In this document: positions 34,921-46,200 of the stretch, in pieces | Layout of the letters: every line of letters begins with the position of its first letter | Position numbering within the stretch: position 1 is the first letter of the stretch | Assembly: GCF_048593235.1 (NCBI RefSeq) | Contig: NC_133618.1 | Coordinates: forward strand, 59,120,478 to 59,184,477 | Source of the DNA: Sminthopsis crassicaudata | Taxonomy: Eukaryota | Length of the DNA: 64,000 nucleotides | Direction of reading: 5' to 3' | Notes under the pieces: model-generated | Seen by the model: only the letters and a program-made list of their open reading frames with translations | Told to the model about the DNA's origin: nothing | Databases searched by the model: none | Position numbers and translations under genes: made by a program

Positions 34921-35066
34921 CGGTGTAGTGGCAGCCCTGAATTCAGGAGGACCAGAGTTCAAATCTGGTCTCAGACACTTAACACTTCCTAGCTGTGTGA
35001 CCCTGGGCACAGGAACCCCAGCCTCAGGAAAAAAAAAAAAAAAAAAGAAAAAGAAAAAGAAGAGAG
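34921..35066 (+). mobile_element. Young WSINE1-type insertion inside a MAR1, with 15-bp TSD
   Basis: TGAATTGAATTCAGG at 34906-34920 and 35067-35081 flank the SINE body and A-rich tail. Confidence 0.9.
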
Positions 35067-35109
35067 TGAATTGAATTCAGGCCTAGTATTCTATCTACTT
35101 CATCACCTT

Positions 35110-35960
35110 CTATCTACCTTTACCCCAGAGAGCAAAAGGGAATGTTTGTACAAAAAATATTTAAGCAGCCCATTTTGTGGTGGTAAAGAATTGGAAACTG
35201 AGGGGATGTCCAATTAGGGAATGGCTTACCAAGTTGTGGTATGTAATTTTTTATAATAGCTTTTTATTTTTCAAAATACATGCGAATATAGTTTTCAGCG
35301 TTCACCCTTGCAAAACCTTGTATTCCCTATTTTTCTCCCTCTCTTCTCACCTTTCCCCTTCCCTAAGACAGCAAATAATGCAGTATAAACATGTGCAACT
35401 CTTCTAAACATATTTTGTGGTATGTAGTTGTGATGGAATACCATTGTGCTATAAGAAATTAAGAGCTACGGTGGTTTCAGAAAATCTGGAAACTTATATG
35501 AAGTGATGCAAAGTGAAATAAACAGAACCAGGAAAACATTAGTCAGCAGCAGCAATATTGAAAGATGATCAACTATGAATGATTTAGCTACTCTCAGCAA
35601 GAACCCAAGACAATCCCCAAGGATTTATGATGAAAAATATTTGCCACTTCCATAGAAGGAGCTGATGAGTCTGAAGGCAGATGGAACAGACTTTTTCTTA
35701 GTTTTGCAACATGACTAATATGGAAACGTTTCCCATGACTGCGCACGTGTAATTCACATTAAATTGCTTGTTGTCTCAAAGAGGGGAGGAAGAGAATTTG
35801 GAACTCAAAATTTTAAAATGTTAAAAGCCAGTAAAATTATATTTTGTATAACTTCATACGTATCTTCTCAATGGGGGGTAGAATAGGGAGGGAGGGAGGG
35901 AGGGAAGGAGAAAATCTGAAACTCAGTTTTAAAAACAAATGTAAGAAATAGTTTTATATG
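35110..35960 (+). mobile_element. Older L1 3' remnant with a nested antisense L1-tail piece
   Basis: VVKNWKLRGCPIREWLTKLWYV; CTTATATGAAGTGATGCAAAGTGAAAT..AGAACCAGG. Confidence 0.7.
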
Positions 35961-36004
35961 TAACTGGGAAAAATAAATGGGGAGGGAAGTAAATAATATA
36001 TTAA

Positions 36005-36480
36005 CTCAATTATGAGCCAGGCAATGAGCTAAACTGGGGACACACAAAGAAACAGACAATAATTCCTGCCCTCACAGAGTTCACAGTCTGATGGAAGGGA
36101 TGACCTATAAATATGTACAATCTATACAGGAGATAACTGGGTAATTCGCAGAGGGAAGAGGGATGGCCGGAGAACGCGTGATTTCGGGGTCTCGGTCGCG
36201 GAACAGCCAGGGGGCCGGGGTCGTGGAGGGCAGCGCACGTGCAGGGGAAGAAGGCTGGCAAGGCGGGAAGGGCCGGGTCACGAGGCTTCGAATGACGGAG
36301 CATTTGGGGTTTGCTCCTGGCAGCGACAGGAAGCCACAGGGGCTGAGTGGGGAGGTCACGTGATGAGGCTTGCACTTTAGGAAAATCGTTCTGGTGGACG
36401 ATGGACTGCACTGGGGAGGGACTGGAGGCAGTTCCGGCGGTAGTCAAGGTGTGGGATGGCGAATACAGAGACCGGGACCA
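36005..36480 (-). mobile_element. L2 remnant next to the ACD promoter
   Basis: Antisense L2 3' region (CCTGCCCTCACAGAGTTCACAGTCT), with unusually well retained CpGs. Confidence 0.7.
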
Positions 36481-37850
36481 GTTGAAGCGGCAGCTAGGGT
36501 AAGCAGAGGTTAATATACAATCTTAGGGAGATCGCTCAGCTCCTAACACACCTTCTGACGCCGCTCACGCGCACACGGCCTACCCCAGTCTCAGCTCCCC
36601 TGGGGGCGGGGCCTGGCTGAAGATTGGCATTTCCCTGTCCGACCCAGCGACTTCCTCTTCCGGAGACAGGGGTCATTCAAGGCGGCGGGAAATAATAGCG
36701 CGCCTCCCTTCCCTGTGCCCCGGGCACGGGCAGTCCCGAGTCGGAGGTCATGGCGACGTCGTGGAAGCCTGTTCTGCAGCCCTGGATCCGAGATCTGCTC
36801 CTCGGGCTGGAGCCCGGACAGAGCTCGGGGCCAGAGGGAAAGGGAGAGGGACTCGGGCAGCTGCTGGAGGTAAGGGTGCAGCGAGGGATGTGGCGCCCTT
36901 CGAGCTTGAAACCTAGGGTTAAAGGGGAAAAGGTGTGATCGGAAGCTCCTGGGAAGAGGCGGAGCCATTGGGTGAGGAGCGTGGCCAATAGGGCGAGCGA
37001 TGGTAGAAGAAAAAGGATTATTGGATGGCCCGGTCAGAACCTTTGGGCGAGTGCTGTTGTCTCGGGGCGGGAGAGGCGGGGTCTGCGGGGTCTGGGAAGA
37101 AGTCATTGGGCAAAGGTTGTGGTTGCGAGTGATATCACCTGTTTGGGGCGTGACCATTCCGGCCTATAAAAAAACCCACTGGACCCGATAGGGTTGTGGG
37201 GAAGGGGCGGAATCGTTGGGGGCGTGGTTATTCCTATCTAGTAAGAGGCCCATTGGGCGAGGGGTGTGGTTATGGGCTGAGGGGGCGAGTTCCTCTGTTG
37301 GGGGCGGAGCCATAGTAACCCGCCGGGATCCCTGCAGGTGATTGAGGAAGCCGAGCCCGGAGGGAGCCTGCTGCTGCTTGGAGAGGAGGCCTCTGCAGTC
37401 CTGCTGGTGACCGACGGGACCCACAGTGTGCACTGCCTGGTGACCCCCGAGGCCCTGAGCATGGCTGCCTGGTGAGGGGCCCTGGCCGGATCTCAGGTTC
37501 CCACGCGCGGCCGGAGGGGCGGGGGCATGGGGCGGAGGGGGCCCCGGGACCTGGCCGAGGGTCTGGTGAAGGGGTGATCTGACGCGGGCGCTCCCCCAGG
37601 GAGGAGAAGCACTTTGGCTTTAGGAGGGCTGTGGGCCGGCTGCTCCTGCTGCAGGACTTCCAGGTGTGTGTTCGGCAGGTGGCTGAGACTTCGCAGGTGA
37701 GCGGAGCTGGGGGCGGGGGCGGGGGCGGGTGGGGGGCGGGGGCTGGGAGGCTTCAGCGCTGCCTCTTCTTCCCTGGCAGGGGAACGGGGAGTTCTGCCTC
37801 TGGGTGCATCGCTTCATCCTGCTGCCCACGGAGCTCCCCAGGGAGGGGGT
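36150..37850. promoter_or_regulatory. CpG island, ACD promoter and 5' exons
   Basis: CpG-dense; GC box GGGGCGGGGC ~36603-36612, ETS CTTCCGG ~36658-36664. Confidence 0.75.
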
Positions 37851-39972
37851 AACAAGCTGGTGAGGGTCCCTCCTCTCTCCCCTACACGGATTCCCTTCAG
37901 TGTCACATTCCCGGGCTCTCTGGCCTTGGGGCCCGGTGGAGCTCCCGCTCCTGCTCTAGAATGCTCCCCCCTTTTCCTCCAGACTCTTCCCCAGCTGAGC
38001 CTTGTCCGTCCGCCCCCTCCCCCAGGGTTCCCTACACTGACCCTCTGCCCCCGGGGAAGGGGAATCCCCGTAACTGTTGTTATTGTCACTTTAGTAACTG
38101 GGATCCAGCTGTTCGGAGGAAACTTCAGGAATATGGAAAGTGAGTATGTGCCGGGAAGAGGAGGAAGTGGGAAGAGCTGTAAGGAAGCCTGGGGCCCAGG
38201 ACTGGCTCCTTCTCGTCTTAAGCTGCTGGAAAGCTCTGTGGGGGTCTGGGCTCGGAGGGCCCACTAAGGCCTGGGTCTTCTGCTCTGTCCCTACAGGCAC
38301 CATGAAAGGGAGAGGACCTCCCCTAACATAGGTACCCCTGGGAGTCCTGAGGGGGCGGGGAGGGAGGGGCTGAAGGAAGAAGGGAGACAGTTGTCTTCGC
38401 TTCCTCACTCAGACCCGTTCTCTGCCAGATCGAAGTTCTTCGCTGTCCCAGTTGCTGGAAGAGATGTGTGAAGACCGAAGGAGCGTGCTAAGCTGTCAGG
38501 CCCAAAGCTGCCTGGAGCTGGGGGGCTCCCAAGGGGGTTGTCTTCCCCTCACTCGATGGGAAGCCTCTCGAAGGAAGGCCCGGGTCAGTGTGCAGAGGGG
38601 TGGTGGGGGGGTGTAATGGTGGGGACAAGAGAGCTGCCCTGGCCCAATAGGAGGGGGCGGTGAGCAGCGCTCGCCAGAAGTGAGCCAGCTGGGACTCGTT
38701 AATAGAGAAGGGTCTTGGGCACAGATGAAGTCCCTTTCCCCAATCTCAAACTGTCCCCCACAGGGAGAAGCTGTCTTCACTGTCTCAGGCCTGAGGCTGC
38801 ATATTAGTGAAGAGGAGGAGAACATCCTTCAGAACCTGAGGGCAGGTCAGGACCCCTGGGGAAAGGGTGAGGGGGCCCAGGGTCTCCAGGTGAAGACGAG
38901 GCACTCACCCTGGGTCTTCTCTTTTCCCTCCTTGTCTTCCCCCACCTCAGTTTCTGAAAACAGCCCTGACTGTCAAAGTTTGGAGAGGAACCCATCAGAC
39001 CCCTGGCAACTGCTCCCAGCCCTGTCCTTGACGCAGTCTTCTTCCTCCTCCTCTTCCTATGTAGGTAGGTAGGAAGCCGGGGAGAGGGGGCAGGGTCGAA
39101 CGCTGGCCTCCCCCTCTCCCTCCCCCCTCCCCAGGCCTTAGACCCTTCTCTCTCCTGTCATTGCCAGAGGCCCTGGACTGTTTGCCCTTCTCGGCGGAGG
39201 GAAGCCCAAGTCAGCTGAAGGACAGCTTCACCGGCAGTCAGGAATCCTCTGCGGGGTGCAGGGAGCCCATCGACCTGTCCCCTCTGCTCTTTCAGGGCAG
39301 TGGGTCTCCTTGTGTCCAGACAGCTTACTCCCAGGATCCACAGCAGGACCGGCTCCGTCCAACTCTTCCTTCTTCGTCTCAGGCAGCAAGCAGTATCTCC
39401 AGGGACGAGTGGGAAACCCCCAGTATGGGTGGCTCCCAGCAGCCCCTTGAAGTCCTGACGAGGGCCAGGGTGAGGGTTAGGGGAAAGGGAAGAAAGGACA
39501 GACCAGGAAGCCGCAAGCCCAGCCTGGAGTTTGTGAGCAAGAAAGTCAAAAGCATCATCTGGGCTCCAGAGAGCATTCCTTCAGAGGACTCCAGCCCAGG
39601 AGAAGGCCCAGCCCCACCCAGGGTGAGAGCTGGCAGAAAGAAGACCCTCCGTACTGGAGCGCATCGGAGAGGGAAGAGGCTTTGGATCGGCTGGCCTTAA
39701 TTTGAAGGGGCTTTGCCCTCACCTCCCTTTTTTCCCCATAGGTCCCTCCAAAGACACATCTGGATGGCTCCCCCTTTCAGTACAAGTATTCAGAGCCCTG
39801 CGCCCACCTCTGTTCCCAGGTTTTAGCAACCAGGTCAGTGTCTGCCAGCCCTCTGGGGGGGGGGGCTCTCTCCTGGCCTGTCCCCCTAACCTCTGACCTC
39901 TTTTCTCACAGACTCTGCCCATCGCTCCTAGACTGGGCCAGACAGGTGCTGATAGAGACGGGAGAGCTCTGA
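36750..39972 (+). CDS. ACD: Shelterin subunit TPP1 (adrenocortical dysplasia homolog), 489 aa, 12 exons
   Basis: Exons 36750-36869, 37338-37471, 37600-37696, 37780-37859, 38095-38139, 38297-38331, 38429-38583, 38764-38845, 38951-39064, 39168-39622, 39742-39833, 39912-39972 (1470 nt, in phase). OB-fold peptides VLQPWIRDLLLG, LLVTDGTHSVHCLVT, WEEKHFGF, FILLPTE; POT1-binding SLSQLLEEM; C-terminal DGSPFQYKY...LLDWA. Confidence 0.95.
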
Positions 39973-40014
39973 CCTGCTGCAGACGCTTGGCATGCTGCCT
40001 TGGGGGCCAGGGTT

Positions 40015-40020
40015 AATAAA
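40015..40020 (+). terminator. Poly(A) signal AATAAA of ACD
   Basis: AATAAA 43 nt after the TGA. Confidence 0.7.
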
Positions 40021-40153
40021 AAGTACAGAACTGCTGTCCTTGTCTCCTCCTTTTGGTGCAGAGGAAGTGCCTTGGGTAGGGGCAGGATGGGAAGGTGGTC
40101 AATCCTCCCACCCCTGCCCCAGGGAGGCCAAGGCTAGGATGAGGTTTGAGTTT

Positions 40154-40162
40154 TTTAATAAA
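40154..40162. terminator. Overlapping two-strand poly(A) element (ATTAAA on -, AATAAA on +) between convergent CARMIL2 and ACD
   Basis: Sequence TTTAATAAA; the only canonical-type hexamer I find just downstream of the CARMIL2 stop. Confidence 0.55.
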
Positions 40163-40201
40163 ATAATCTCATGCGGCCAAAGGTGTGAGGGGAGGGCTGG
40201 G

Positions 40202-43200
40202 TCAGGGGCTGGGGGTGTCAGGGGCTTGGCTGCCCACTCTTTGGTCTGTGGCTGGGGGAGCGGTGGTCGAGGGGATGGACTCCAGGCCGGCAGGCACCTC
40301 TGGGGGCAGCTCATCTGGTGGCAGCGGCAGCCGGGGCTCTGTGCTCGTGGCCGACCCTGCAGGTGGGACACACAACAGCTTGAGCCTGGCTCCGCTGACC
40401 CTGCACCCCTGGCTTGTTGGCCTTAGGCCTTCTCCCCCATTCCCTGCCTCTTTACCTAGACTCGGTGAGGATGAGGGCTCATCAACTCGGGGACGACGTT
40501 TGAGGACAGGAGAGCGCTGTAGGCGCAGGGGCAAGTCTCTGATGGGAGACGTAGCTGCCGGGGTGAAAGTGGGAGGCTCAGGGTGACTTCTGGAGGCGGG
40601 GGTGATCCCGGCCCCTCCACCCTGGCTGCAGCACCCCCTTGCAGTGCCTCCCTCCCCTTCTGCTCCCTCCCTGCACTCACCAGCCGGGGTCTGGAGCTGT
40701 TCCTCGTGCACAGACACGGCTCTTCGGGTGGCCAAGACGGCTCGGGGCTTCAGGTGATTGTCTGGAGGTTGTGGTGAGCACAGAATGAGATAAGGAGGGT
40801 TTTGAGACTTCCAGGTGCCGCCTACTACTATGGTGGCGCTTTCTAGCACCCGCCCCAGCCTGTTCCTCTCTGCTAGGGCTCTCCACATTGCCACTCCGCC
40901 ACGCTGCTTCAGGCTCTCATCTAGACTAGATCGGAGAAGCCGATTTCCCTCTCTACCTCAGGCAGATTGCCAGGTTGATTAACGGATCACCCTTATGAGT
41001 AAGTTTTCAGTGGCTCTTCATTGCCCACGACATCCTGTCTGCCCTTCGAGAGCCTGGTGTGCCAGGCCCTCCGAGATGGAGCCCCTGGTCCAGCCAGCGT
41101 CCCACCACCCTTTCCAGCCATGTGCCCCACTCCTAGCTGCTCTGGCTCATGTCACTCTTATCTGCAATCTCCATCTGCTCAATTCCCACTCCTCCTCCAG
41201 GACAGCTCATCTCTAGAGCGATGCGAGTCTTGGAAAATACTTTCCTACCAACCATTGCTCCGACAGGCCCTATGTATTTTTCCCCATCTTACAGAGAGGT
41301 AGCCACGCCAAAGGCACCTCGTCCCTGAGGGCCGGATCGTTTCCTCTCGGTGACCTCCTCTCTATTTGGCCTGTTCTGGGCTGGTGAGGACGTGTCCTGG
41401 CATGTAGCATTCTCCAAATGGAACATCAAATGCCCAACTATCGACTGTGATCTTGGGGGGGCAGGACCCTTTTCTGACTCTTGGCCCCCTAAGCTGCCTG
41501 GCTGTTAGGAAGAGTTTTGAGCTAGGGGTGTCCCCTGGCCGTACCTTCGCTCCTGGCTCCCAGGGCAGTGTCCTGGGTGAACTGGCCGTTCCCGGCATTG
41601 CTGGCTCTTCGGGGGGACAGTCGAGGAGATGGGATGGGACTAGGACAGGGGCTTGGGAAGCTGGGCTCAGGTTGAAGCAGGTTAGGGGAGGGTGTCCGGG
41701 GTCCTGGCCGGTCCCAACCCTTCCCTCTGAGCTCGGCGTTCAACTGCCGGCCCAGGGCCTTCCAGGCCACAGGCTCCGGCCCCCGGCCTCCTGGTCCTGG
41801 ACGGCATGAGGAGTCTGAGCAGGGAGAAGGGGGACAGGGAGGCAGAAGTCAGACCTCCTAAACTTTCAGTCACCTGCGCCTGATCAGACATTGGAAAGGA
41901 CACCAAACTTTGCAGACAGACTGGGTGGGACAGAGCAATGAGAAGTGCCACGGGCTGGGAAGGGGTTTGGAGAGGGACGGGGAAAGTTCCCCCCTCGTCA
42001 CCCACCTGCAGACACCGAGTGGGTTCGGGACTTGAGGGACAGGGGAGGTGACTCAGCCGAGCTGTCCATGATGTCTCCTGGAAAATGAGGGTTGGGCAGC
42101 TGAAATTCCATGTTCTTGTCTTCCGGCCTAGGTTCCAGGGCCCCCCCCCCATTAGCCCGCTTCTGCTACCCTGCTCTTGGGGTGAGGAAGGAAGCCTGCC
42201 AGCCAAGCTGGCAAGAGGGGCTTTGACCCAAACCCAGGCCCCCTGCTCCCAGCAGAGACCCCACTCACCATCTGAGCCAGCCTTCTTTATCTCCCCATCT
42301 TTGCTCTGGGGGGAAAAGGAAGATAGGGAATCAGAGGTTTCCGGTCATCCTGTTGGTGGGGCCACTTTTAGCCCTCGCATGACATCCCAGGGTGGCGAGT
42401 CGTCCTTAGGCCACTTCCTCTGGTCCCTGTGTCACCCCCTCCCGCCTTGGCCAGTGCTGCCCCGCCCAGGCCATGGAAGCCTCACCTGCTTCCTCTTGCT
42501 GTCGCCTCCTCCACCTCCCCGGCCCACACCAATTCGCTGCAGCATGACATGGACTCGCTGCTCGAAGGACGGAGGCATCTCGGTGTCTCCCCGTTCCAAT
42601 GGTCGTCGCTGTGGGGATTAGGAGGAGTCAGAAAGCTCTAGAAGAGGGGGCAACCCCCCTTCCCCAGCTCCAGTGCAGGCCCCGAGCTTCCCCCCCCCCC
42701 CCAGGGTCTCAGCTTGGGGGTAAAAGGGCACTTCACCAAGAAGGTGAAGACAGGAACCACATATCCAGATTTGTAGGTGGAAAAATGGGAGACAGACGGA
42801 GGGGGGCCTTCACCTTCTCCTGCCGCCCACCTAGGGCCTCTTCCTCATCTGCAGAAAGCAGGATCATAGAATGCGCTTTGCCTTCTCTGGCGTAACGAGG
42901 CCGACTCCTCCGGGCGGGATCCGGGGAGCAACTGGGTACTCCCTCCAAAGTCCCTTCAACTCCAGGTTCCTCTGCTCGGCCAGGCCGGCTGGGTGGGCGG
43001 AGAAGGTCACTGAATGCGGCTTTTCGGGTTCGAGGAGCCCCGGGGCTGGCGTCGGGTTCAGCCCGAGACCCCCGAGTTGATCGTGGCTTTTTGAAGGCAA
43101 AAAGGGTGCCCAGCTTTTTCCGTAGTGTTCGGGAACTGACAGGAGTTCCAGGTTCAGGGACTGCATCCGGAGGGGACCACCTATGGGGGTAGAATCAAGT

Positions 43201-46200
43201 AGTGTGGGGTGGGATCATAGGAGAGAGAGCTCCCAGGGTCCCTCTGATCTCAAGAGCTGACTAGCCCAGGGGTCCCTTCTGACTCCCCCACTGCTCCTAG
43301 ATTCAGCCCCAGCCCTGCCTAACTGCTGTCCTGCTCAGGTGCAGCTCCAGCTCCTCTGGGGTTGGTCACTCCCAGGACGCCTAGACCTTCCTAAGTAGCC
43401 GGCTCTTGGTTCCCCTCCCTGCCAAGTACTTGGAGCTGTTGCTTTCAGTCAGGGCCATTTCTAGCTCTAATAACTTTCAGGCGCAGTTACTCCCTGGCCT
43501 GGCTCATTCCAGCCCCAGTGCCTGGCATGGAGGAAGTGCTTAATAAATGCATTTATTGACTGACGACATTCCTGCCACTCCCCGAAATGGCCACTTCTAA
43601 CCCCCATTACTCCTGGCCTCAGACATTCCTGTCAGTCAATAAGCATTTATTAATCGCCTACCACAGGAGGCCCTTCGCTAAATAATGGGGATTCCAAAAA
43701 AAGTAGAAGACAAGAGAATGGAGGTAAAGAAGGTGGGTGTAAGGAGTAAGGAGACTGAAAAGACAGGAAAAGAGCCAGTTTATGAAAGGCTTTAAAAATT
43801 GAACAGAAGAAAGCATATTTAATCCGAAAGGAGCCCTGGAATTGACCAAATAGGCAGTGATGTGGTCAGTCTTGTTCGATTTGACTTGTTCAGTCCAAGA
43901 TCGGGGGTGACTAAAAACCAAGGTCATCTTCAGCCCTAAACTCCCCAGGCCTGAATAATCCAGGCCCCTTTGGCTCCTGGCTGGAGACAATCCCACGTCT
44001 GGGTACTCCCAGTGCCAAATGCCTCCGGCTTCAAGCGTTTCCAGCCCTGGCTCCTCATAATCATGGTCCCTTCCAGCCAGTCACTCCTGATTCCCCTTCT
44101 CTTATCCTTTGTCACTCTTGCCCCTGATTGCTCCCCAACCCGGGCCACTTACAGTCTCTCTTGGTGGATCAGTCTCTTGGAGAAGAATTCATCGACGCCC
44201 TCATCCACACGGGCGTTGAGCCCGTTCTCCTCTTCGGGCACGACGGGAGGTACCTGGGGGCACAGGGCACCTCAGGAACTCAACCAAGCCTCCTTCCCTC
44301 CCAGGCCAAATTCCTGGGCCAGGAAACCTGGAGCAGAAGCAGGGAGAGCCCCTGGCAGGGAGTGGTATGACTAGTGCCCACCTTTCCCACCTCCTGGGGC
44401 CCCTGGAGTCCCGGCTCCCACTTCCAGTCTTGGGCAGGACAGGTGCCAAAGGAGAAGGTGGGGAGATGGTTAAGAGCAGGACCAGAGAGATGCCCTCTTC
44501 ACCTCCGTCACAACCCTCAACACGAACGCACAAAGCCCATCAGCTACACGCAAGGAACATTTTCAGTTATTCAGTCACACAGCCCTGTCATGCATTCACA
44601 TACACTGTCACATTCAGGGCACCATTCACACACACCCCCAGACATAATCATACACACCAAAGGCACATTCATACTCACAGAGTCACCCACGATTCCTGCC
44701 TCCCCAGCACCCAGTTGGAGAGGCAGTCTTTGCTCTGAACACTTCCCTGCAGTGTCTTTCCCCTCTACCTCCCCCCCTCACTCTCCCTTTTCTCTATTCT
44801 CCTCCTGCTGCGTCAAAATGGCTGGGGAGATTTCAGCCTTCTCTTTCCACTTTCCCCTTCCATCTGTTTGCTGCAAAGGCCCCCTACTCGGCACCATTAC
44901 ATGGCTGACCCACGTGGTGGATGATCCCCCAGCTTCTTGGCAGCCTGAGTCTCCTCCCCACCTCTCCAATTCTTCTTGGCCCCAACACCCAGCCTCCCCC
45001 TCAGTTTCCAGAGCTTAGGGCCAGGCAGGTGGGGGAGGAGGGAAAGGCAGGCAGCAGAGGGCAGGAACTACAGGGCATGGGGACCTTGTGGAGAGAAAGA
45101 TGAAGGGCCCTGTCCTTGTTGGGGCCCAGGGGCCCAGCAGCCCAGGTTCCTGGGGGGTGGGAACCACTCTCAGCCTTTTTCTCACATGTGGAGACTAGAG
45201 CGGGGCACAGGGTGTAGTGGTTCGGGACACTGGTTGGTAGAGGCAGGGTGTTGGAAGAGGAAGGAGGTTTGGCTAGGAAGCTCCGGGCTCTAGAGGCAGT
45301 TTCAGGGAAGCAAGTACCAAGAAGGCTTCTTTTCTCCCTCACACCTCAAACTCCCACCCACACAGTAACGGAGGGTTCTTGTGTATTTTGTGTTTCTGCA
45401 GGGGAGTAGGGATGAAGGGAGGTATTGATTTCCTAGATTTCAGAGCTCTGACTCCCAGACTCCGTCCTTTTTCTGCTGCCCAGGCCTAGTATCTACCCAT
45501 TGGCTCAGGAGAGGAGTAGGAAGCAGACACAGCCTCTAGCATCTCCATGTTGGCCAGAGCACTTGTCTTATCTTATTAGTCTCCTTTCCTTCTCCTTCCC
45601 CCCCCCCCATCTAGGCTAAGTGGTCAGGCCTTAGAAGCGTGTACACATCTCCCATCACCAGGAACACTTTCTCAGTCACTGAATCCCTTTCTCGCTCTCC
45701 AGGCCCTCTCCAGGAGGCCAGGCCACCCTGTGTGTCAGACCTCCTGCTCCCTGCCTTCTTACTCTGCCCCCCACTTGCCTGGAAATATGAGGGGGAGGCT
45801 AGAGGAGAGGGGGCTGGGAAAAGCAAGAGGGACTGATTGGGGATCTTCTCCCAAGGGGTCAGCCTGAAGGCTAAGGGAAGCTGGAGTGGCCGTCAGAACC
45901 AGGATGTAGCAACTTTGGGCACCTTTGGAACCTTTACTGGACTCCAGTCTCCACCTTCATTACACACACATGAACATGCATGTCCCTTCCAGGAAGGGAA
46001 GTCAGACACACGGCAACTCATACGCTCAAGGGTCCATCCAGCCGGGCCCCACGTCACACCCACAGCCTGACACGCCAAGTGGATCCAGAAACAGTTAGGG
46101 ACAGAACGCCCGAGTCTGTGGAACCCCTGCCACGGCCCTCCGCTTGCAGTCGCACACATGCACCCCACAATCACACAGCCCCCCCAGGCAGCTGTACAAA

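Noticed and set aside
39468-39482. GGGTGAGGGTTAGGG telomere-like words inside the telomere gene ACD
   Set aside because: Only two units within a coding exon (RVRVRG); expected by chance.
41300-41372. Possible extra CARMIL2 exon ([18 protein letters not shown])
   Set aside because: Poor pyrimidine tract, weak donor, and its phase-0 end does not fit the phase-1 exon 37.
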